From Neophaeotheca triangularis (Eukaryota): a DNA stretch of 64,000 nucleotides. This document shows, piece by piece, positions 57,258 to 64,000 of this stretch. The notes under the pieces are model-generated. The model had not been told where the DNA came from. It saw only the letters and a program-made list of their open reading frames with translations, and ran no database searches. The position numbers and the translations under genes are program-made. Positions within the stretch are counted from its first letter, which is position 1; the number at the start of each line of letters is the position of its first letter. The DNA lies in the NCBI GenBank assembly GCA_054600435.1, contig BAAIJX010000013.1, positions 62,001-126,000 of the forward strand, given 5' to 3'.

Positions 57258-58448
57258 ATGGCAGCATTACCACAGTCATCGTCGACCATACGCTCCAGTC
57301 CGCCCTTGGAAGAACAAGCCATATTCTCAGACGAACCAATACCCCCATCGAGCCCTCCATCATCACCGCCAGGCTTTCCTTGGGAGGCCAAAACCACAGC
57401 CAAAACCGTTACACAGCAAGCACACAGCACCAAGAACGCCTTCTCACTGCTAGGAAAAAGACCAGCTCTCAGTCCTGCCGACGACAATGGCCGTCCCATC
57501 AAAAAACAAGCAGCAACCCCCAAAGCCGCAGCAAAAGGCAAGCGATTGTCGCAAATGCAAATAAGCCTAGGCCAAAGGACACAACTCAAATGTCAAACAT
57601 GCGGCATGGAATATGTCGCCTCCTCCGAAGAAGACCGCAAACTCCACGACAAATACCACAAGCAGAATACCGAGGGTTTCGACGTTGGGAAGGACTTTCT
57701 TAAATACAGGCCGCAACGCTCTTTCTTCAAGAATTTCATCCCCAATAACCTTAGCGACACCGAGTCCATCACTACAGTAGACCGGTCCGATGGGATTGCT
57801 CGGAAGCGACGAGCCCGTGGTGTTCTGGACGTGGTGCAGCGGGAGTTGGGCGCTGTGGAGATAGCGGACGAGGACCTTTGGGCTGCGGGGGAGACGGAGT
57901 TTCTTTCCAAACACACATGCTACCTCTATATACGAGGCACGCGCTGCGTTGGCTTCCTGCTGGGGGAGCGTGTAAGCCACGCACGGCTTGTTGTCCCGCC
58001 TGAGGGGCGGAAGAGCGAGGAGCCTGGTCGAGGAGTGGAGGCGAGTCAAGGCACAGCACTAGACCGTTTGAGAGCTCGAAAAAGACTGCTTGCGGAGCCA
58101 GCACCTACATTTCCCATACAACTCGGCGAGGAGTGCTCGCCGGCGGTTCTTGGCATCTCGCGTATCTGGGTTTCTCCTCGACATCGACATCAAAACATCG
58201 GCATGCGGCTGCTGGATGCTGCGGTAGAGCATCACGACCATATCGTGGCAGATACCAGTGATGGGGAGTCGGGGGCGGGTCAGGGATACGGTCCGAGCCA
58301 ATCGGCGTCCGAGTGCAAATCAGCGACTTCAAGCAAAAGGCTAGAGGGTAAAGAGATGGTGGCCTTTTCACAGCCCACGGAGATGGGAGCCGCGCTGGCT
58401 AGGAAGTGGTTCGGACGGAACTTTGGTTGGAATGTGTATTTGAACTGA
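57258..58448 (+). CDS. ECO1: Cohesion-establishment acetyltransferase Eco1
   Basis: PIP-like QMQISLG, C2H2 CQTCGMEY...EDRKLHDKYH, GISRIWVSPRHRHQNIG, AFSQPTEMG. Confidence 0.92.
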   Translation: MAALPQSSSTIRSSPPLEEQAIFSDEPIPPSSPPSSPPGFPWEAKTTAKTVTQQAHSTKNAFSLLGKRPALSPADDNGRPIKKQAATPKAAAKGKRLSQMQISLGQRTQLKCQTCGMEYVASSEEDRKLHDKYHKQNTEGFDVGKDFLKYRPQRSFFKNFIPNNLSDTESITTVDRSDGIARKRRARGVLDVVQRELGAVEIADEDLWAAGETEFLSKHTCYLYIRGTRCVGFLLGERVSHARLVVPPEGRKSEEPGRGVEASQGTALDRLRARKRLLAEPAPTFPIQLGEECSPAVLGISRIWVSPRHRHQNIGMRLLDAAVEHHDHIVADTSDGESGAGQGYGPSQSASECKSATSSKRLEGKEMVAFSQPTEMGAALARKWFGRNFGWNVYLN

Positions 58449-58598
58449 GATTGATGTCCAGTAGATCGCTCTATACCCATGGAACAGCTACTGTAATCCT
58501 GCGCTGTGAATCAAGCATAATGCTTTGTGTATCAAAATATTTCCACGTGCCGGGACGCCTCGCTATATAATCACAATTTCCCAGGTTAAGATACCTCT

Positions 58599-61024
58599 TC
58601 ACATAACAACGCAGTCGTTCTCCTTCGGGGCGGCAGCTACACCCATTTCTTCAAACGTGGATGGTCCCTTGCCTGGTGGCTTGCTCTCGGAGGCCGTGCT
58701 CGCAGGCTTAGCGGCGTCCTTTGCAGGTGGCTTGGGCGCATTCGAGCCAGCGGTTCCAGGCCTCGAATTTGGTGTCCTGTTCTCTGCTCTGGAAGGCGTA
58801 CTAGAAGGCGGCAGATTCGGCATACTGTTTGCGCTTTGCATGAGCGGAGGGGTCTGGCCCTGTTGCGGTGGGACTTGGGGTAAGTGACTGCGCTTCGGGT
58901 GCTGCTCGTAGCGCGCGGCGTGGTATCGTTGATTTGAACGATCTTGTAGCGGTGCTTCGAAGCCGAAGTTGGCCTGGGGCTGAGGTGAGGGCGCTGGTTG
59001 TTGCGGTTGAGGGGTTGGAGGGTTCATGCGAAGAGGCGCCTGAGCTGGGTGTGGACTACCGCGGGGTGGATAGTTTTGGCTTTGCGTTTGTGCGGCGGGT
59101 GGTCCGGATGCCACACGTTGTCCGGCTCCTAGACGAACTCGTGGATCTGCTGGGTGCGGAGGCAGAGTTGAGGAGGATCGAGGTGGAAGACCGCCTTGCG
59201 AATGAGGCATCTGAGGCACAGTCTGGGAGGAGGCTGACCGGAGATCAGGGTTCACTTGGAACGCTGAGTTTGGGTGAGAGCTTGCGTCGAGCGTGGTCAC
59301 TGGTCGCGGCGGCTGCGGCTGGGCGTTGAAAAAACCGCCAACGGGGCCTGGACCTGGCCGAGGCGAGGGCCGTGGTCCGTCGTTTAAGGGGTAAGGGACT
59401 ACAGACCCGGCTCGAGGATTTGCCGGTAGTTGTGGCGGTTTGTCGTCGAGGGGGTAGGGTGCTGCGGAACCTGATCGCGGAGGTGGCTGACTGTTCCCTT
59501 CGTTGACTGGGGTCATTTGCCCCAGTCGTGATGGCGCTTGTTGCCGGAAACGTTCAGGCCTTGCGCCTCTTTGCGAGCCATACTGCGATTTAATTCTAGA
59601 GATGGCGACATTCTCGTGATCCTTTTTGGACAGAAACTGTTTCCGCTGCATGCCATCGACCCTGCCCTTTGCATCCTGGTTGCCATGGTCTGAAGCTTTC
59701 TGGTACCACTCCAAAGCTTTCTTGGTGTCCGATGTCACGAACATCCCAATCTCGTAGAAGTAACCCATTGCGAACTCAGCCGTGGGGAGGCCGCTCGTGG
59801 CTGCACGCTCCGCATAGTCAAAAGCCAGCTTCTCGTTCTTCGGCAGCACGCCTTCGGAGCCGACCAGAAACCATTTGCTCAGTGCCATGTCTGCCTCTGC
59901 TTCTCCTTGCTTGGCAGCCAGAGCGTTGTAGTGAACCGAAAGCGCCGGATTGAACTCACATCCAAGGGAGCCCAACTCATACGCAGATCCCATTTTGAGC
60001 TGTGCCTTTGCGAACTTGAGATAAGCCGCTTTCTCGATATTGACACGTGCCTGACGTTCGTCGTATGGTAGGATGCTGTCGGGAACGTCGATCTGCGGCA
60101 ATTGCTTTGCGAGCAACATGCCATAAACGTATGCCCCCTGAGCAGCGTTCTCGTCCGCTTTTTGCGCACTCCTTCTTATCAGATCCACGCCTCTCACAAA
60201 ATCCTGGGGTTGGCCATGCTGGCCCCTCAGTGTCATCATGCCCAAGCGGTAGCAGCTTGCTGCATCTTCAGCATCCACACCTCTGTGATAGTGACGCAGC
60301 GCTTTGCTGGGGTCGTTGTAAGATTCGTAAAGCATGCCAATGCGATATTCAGCCCGGGCGAAACCCCTGTCTGCGGCTCTTGAATAACAGCGAAAGGCCT
60401 CCTTTTTGTCCTCGCGCTGCCCGTATCTGCCCCACTCCAGCCACATGCCACGCAGAAACTCCGCTTTTGGGTGGTGCTGGTCGGCCAGGAAAGTGACGAT
60501 ATTCATAGCGTCGACCTTGAGCTGGTGCTCTGCCGCTGGTGTGGAAGGCCTAGCTGCGTATGGTCTTGCGGCTGCAATGCGCTCCTCATTATCCATGCAC
60601 GTTCCTACGTGTGTGAGTGTGTCTTGAGCCCAAGCAAGTTGCATCTCGGGGTCATTGGAGTTGAGAACAGGTTCTCGAGCGTTCATGAGAGTGACCTCTA
60701 ATTCGTCGTCCGAAGGCGGTACGTTTGGCGGAGGATTCACGAGCTTGGGGAAGGGGGACTGTGCTGCTGTCGACGTGGTAGAGCGGGTTGATTGCCTGTG
60801 GTTCAGGTCCATATTGGCAATTCCATGGGCGATTTGGTCTGGTAACTCGGCTCGCATCCTGCATGTATACTTGGAGTCAGCGTTTGCGCTGTCTCACAGT
60901 CGCATTCAGAGACATGCTGTCCCTACCTCTGCGGTTCTGGCGCAACGAGCTCCGGGGCTTGAGGCGGCATGTAATAATCATCGTAGCCGTTGGGCACGAA
61001 AGTCGCACTGCTGCTGTAGGCCAT
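58599..61024 (-). CDS. CHS4: Chitin synthase activator Chs4/Skt5-like (SEL1 repeats, CAAX)
   Basis: Exon 1 61024-60927 (MAYSSSATFVPNGYDDYYMP), intron 60926-60859; SEL1 repeats (AEYRIGMLYE, AQLKMGSAYE, AEFAMGYFYE); C-terminal CVVM. Confidence 0.88.
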
Positions 61025-61485
61025 GTCGGAAGCGCGATCCAAGGGACCTTTGTGTAGTTGGGGAAGTCGTTGCTGTTGCTGTTTCTTTGAAAAGGGTCAA
61101 CCACTGTCTAGAAGAGGCGGCTTCCTCGAGGAACAAGGCCAGCGGATTGAGCGGCGAGGATTCAGCTGAAGCATCTGTCCGGGTAATAGACGGCGCAATA
61201 GCGAGCGGCACAACCCGTCAAGTCATGGTATAGGTATAGGTGTAGGTGTAGGTGTAGGGAGTCGGGAGAAAAGGTAAGGTAAGGTATGAATGGCAAACAT
61301 TCGTGGATGCTGCAGGTGCTGCTGCTGCTGCTGTATGCGGTGACGACGTACCTCTACGAACCTTGGCAGCCGGAGAGGATCATGGAATCGCAGCTCGAGC
61401 TCCCCGGGCACTCACTGGGCTGGTGACTGCTTGCTTTTGACGTCGTCTTGTCCTTCAAAAAACACACCTACAAAAATAATTCCCA

Positions 61486-61515
61486 ATAATAATAGTAATA
61501 ATAATAATAATAATA
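61486..61515. repeat. (AAT)n microsatellite
   Basis: aataataatagtaataataataataataat. Confidence 0.8.
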
Positions 61516-62918
61516 TCAGCATGTACAGGGTACGTGCAGCAGCCGTTTACCTACTTAAGGATGTGTCTTGAATCGTCGCTACACAGCCACCACTGCCGCC
61601 ATCTAACAAGGCTGGCTTGCAAGATGAGCTCGAGATCGAACAGTACCTTAATATGGAAACCCGAGACAATCCGAAGAGAGCGAAGTGAGCCCGCCTCATC
61701 ACTATTCCAGGTCATTCTATTGTCCGAATCGATGGCCCGATGAGGTATGACGACTACTATCATGGCCTTGTACAAGTGGACTGCCTAGTAGGCATCGTAT
61801 CTGGCTACATTTTCACCTTTTGTTGGAAATGGAAGTCACATGACTTGGAAGAATCTTGCTGTCAACTCTCCTGGAGACCTACTCTGGCGCTCCGTGTACA
61901 CGCTGGTCAACGACCGTCCGTCCTGAGGCCCACCCACATCGTCACGCTGCTACCCTTCCCCATATCCCCCCAGTTGAGGACGCACTGAGTCCGCTCATGA
62001 GAGACCGACTGGCAAGGAGCACGAGTTATCGTTTCCAACTCGCAAGACAAGCTCGATGGAGACATGGAAGGGCGAGCCGCTGGGTGGCACACGACGAGAG
62101 AACCTACATGTCCGAAGCGAGTAGGATAGAATGCCTCTTGAGCTCAGGTTCTAGCAACGTACCTCCCGATGAGCTTGTAATTGGGATGAGTCCGGCGGAG
62201 ACCGTGAACCGGCCTTGAATGCTTGCTCTTTGGTCCAAGGGTCCCAGCTCGGCTCCGATGCCAAGATTATGGATGTGATTGCGCCTCGATCGCTTTACAA
62301 CCCATTGAACATGAAGGTTCTTCTTCTTCCGAGGCGATGCCAAGGCGAGCCCCCTTTTCTGACATGTAGGTGAATCAAACTCAATGCTTTGTCAAGGCAT
62401 TCCTCAACTGCTCTGTCGTACAGAAGCACACGTCGCAAGCCGAGGATGCAGGAGCGTGTGTAATACGGTTTGGATCCTTCGAGAGAGCGCGTACGATTGC
62501 CGCATCGATTCAACCCTAGGCATGTGAGAGTCTGTTTGACAATGAGTGAAGATGACGCTACTCGACCAAGCCATATGCAAGCTACCTAATCGCTTTCGAA
62601 GTGTTAGGTAGCAAGAGCTTCACAGGAGCGAAGGGCGTATCAGACAGACCTTACTTGCGCATTCACCTCTCACTCACTCTGAGACTCACTTAGCCCATAC
62701 ACTCACTTTCTCACACGCAGAAGAGAAGCACGCACTGGCCAAGTCTGGAAGCTTTGTGAACCCCAAGTGAACTTTCCGGAAGGTGATAATACCTAAGGCA
62801 TCTATAATGGAAAGCTCACGCAGCACGATTGGAAGTACTTCTACGCCTCACAGCAGAGCCCAGCGACACCTCTACCGACGTGTCATCGCAGTACAGTGTT
62901 GCAGCGAGTGCCGGTACG

Positions 62919-63821
62919 ATGAATGATTACGCCGCCAACGGACTTATCGCTAACCCTTACTTTCATGAAGACCTGACCAGCAAGATGGAAGGCAGTGCTG
63001 AGGCAGAAGCTCGCGACTTGCTCCGTAGAGGCATACCGCACGATGCACCAGCTTGCGCCTACCACCAGAGACTCCGTTCCTTTCCTTCACTTGAGCTCTC
63101 GATCAAGACCACCGTCATCAAAGAGGGCGCCTTCTTTCCGCTCTGCTACGACTGCCAAACCAGATCTACCACGAAAGCCGAGCTCGACATCCTTTTTCAG
63201 CGACCCATGCTGCCCGACCTCTGCCTCTGCGCCTCTACCACGGTAAACTCAGACTGCTGGTACTGTTCGCTCACGTTCTGGGAGCTGGACAAACAAGTTG
63301 CGGTGCTCGAACGCAGCAAACACAAGCTGCGCGAAGATGGAAGCGCTACAGATTGCCTCATGATGACCTGCGGCTGCGGCAAGGTGGCCCAGGAGCCGTA
63401 CCAGATCACCAAGTGCGTCACTTGCAACGGAACCGCCACCACGTTCAACCGCGCAGGCCTCGCTCCCGGTGAAATCCACCAACATTTGAAAGCTCAGTCG
63501 GCGTCAAATGCAGCCTTGTTTGGAGGAGCAGGTGCTCCTACCAGAAACTCAGGAGGGAAACAAGCGGACGCTGGGTTCAAGGCGGATATGTCAAGCGAGA
63601 CGAATGCGGGTGTGATAATGACCGCTTTGGGAGCCCATGCTCAGGGGTTGGATGGCGCAATTGACCCTGCTACCCAGCAAGATGCACTTTCTGCGCTTGA
63701 GGGGCCCATGTCATCTGGAGATCAGCAGATTCCGGCTGAGCAGATGAGCGCTATTATTGCGGCGTTGGGTATTGAGCGTGTTCGCCCAAAGCTGTCTCTG
63801 AAGACGCATTTCGAGCACTGA
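62919..63821 (+). CDS. Hypothetical cysteine-rich protein
   Basis: About 300-codon ORF with clustered CxxC/CxC motifs; first in-frame ATG 62919, 5' end uncertain. Confidence 0.6.
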   Translation: MNDYAANGLIANPYFHEDLTSKMEGSAEAEARDLLRRGIPHDAPACAYHQRLRSFPSLELSIKTTVIKEGAFFPLCYDCQTRSTTKAELDILFQRPMLPDLCLCASTTVNSDCWYCSLTFWELDKQVAVLERSKHKLREDGSATDCLMMTCGCGKVAQEPYQITKCVTCNGTATTFNRAGLAPGEIHQHLKAQSASNAALFGGAGAPTRNSGGKQADAGFKADMSSETNAGVIMTALGAHAQGLDGAIDPATQQDALSALEGPMSSGDQQIPAEQMSAIIAALGIERVRPKLSLKTHFEH

Positions 63822-64000
63822 GTTCGCCTCTCCGCGTACACACAAGGCGCACAAGAGACAAGTCTTACTACAGAGCTTCATTGATGAGTTGTTGGCAAAG
63901 GGGGCCCCTTGCAATTCCTCCTTTTGGCATTGATGTGGCGCGGTCAACTTTGCAGAAGACAATAGCGACGAGGCAATGTATTCATGAAATACCTTAATCA

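Overview
Gene-dense eukaryotic DNA from a filamentous ascomycete. Short GT-AG introns with CTRAC/CTAAT branch points support this; Dothideomycetes is an inference from protein style only. About 29 protein-coding genes can be reconstructed, mostly housekeeping (CCR4, ApsB/Mto1, eIF2A, RPN9, NDUFA9, UBP8, AMSH, RBD2, MOG1, GCNA-like SprT-HMG, HRD1, GH47, ThrRS, GPI1, AMO1-like nucleoporin, BSD2, EFM5, EMG1, DAL3, ECO1, CHS4), plus an isolated P450, a Cys-rich orphan ORF and one dispersed 5S rRNA gene. No transposon or CRISPR was seen. Three observations stand out. (1) A spliced 92-aa two-TM microprotein gene ends only 28 nt before the GPI1 start codon, suggesting a dicistronic locus in which retention of intron 1 fuses the two frames. 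(2) The unusually long (408-nt) first intron of EMG1/NEP1 carries two UUCAAC Nep1-binding motifs, one in a hairpin just upstream of the branch point, suggesting splicing autoregulation. (3) Threonyl-tRNA synthetase has a Thr-codon-dense N-terminal extension. Exon boundaries were worked out by eye from splice consensus and frame, and gene identities come from recalled family motifs, not database searches.
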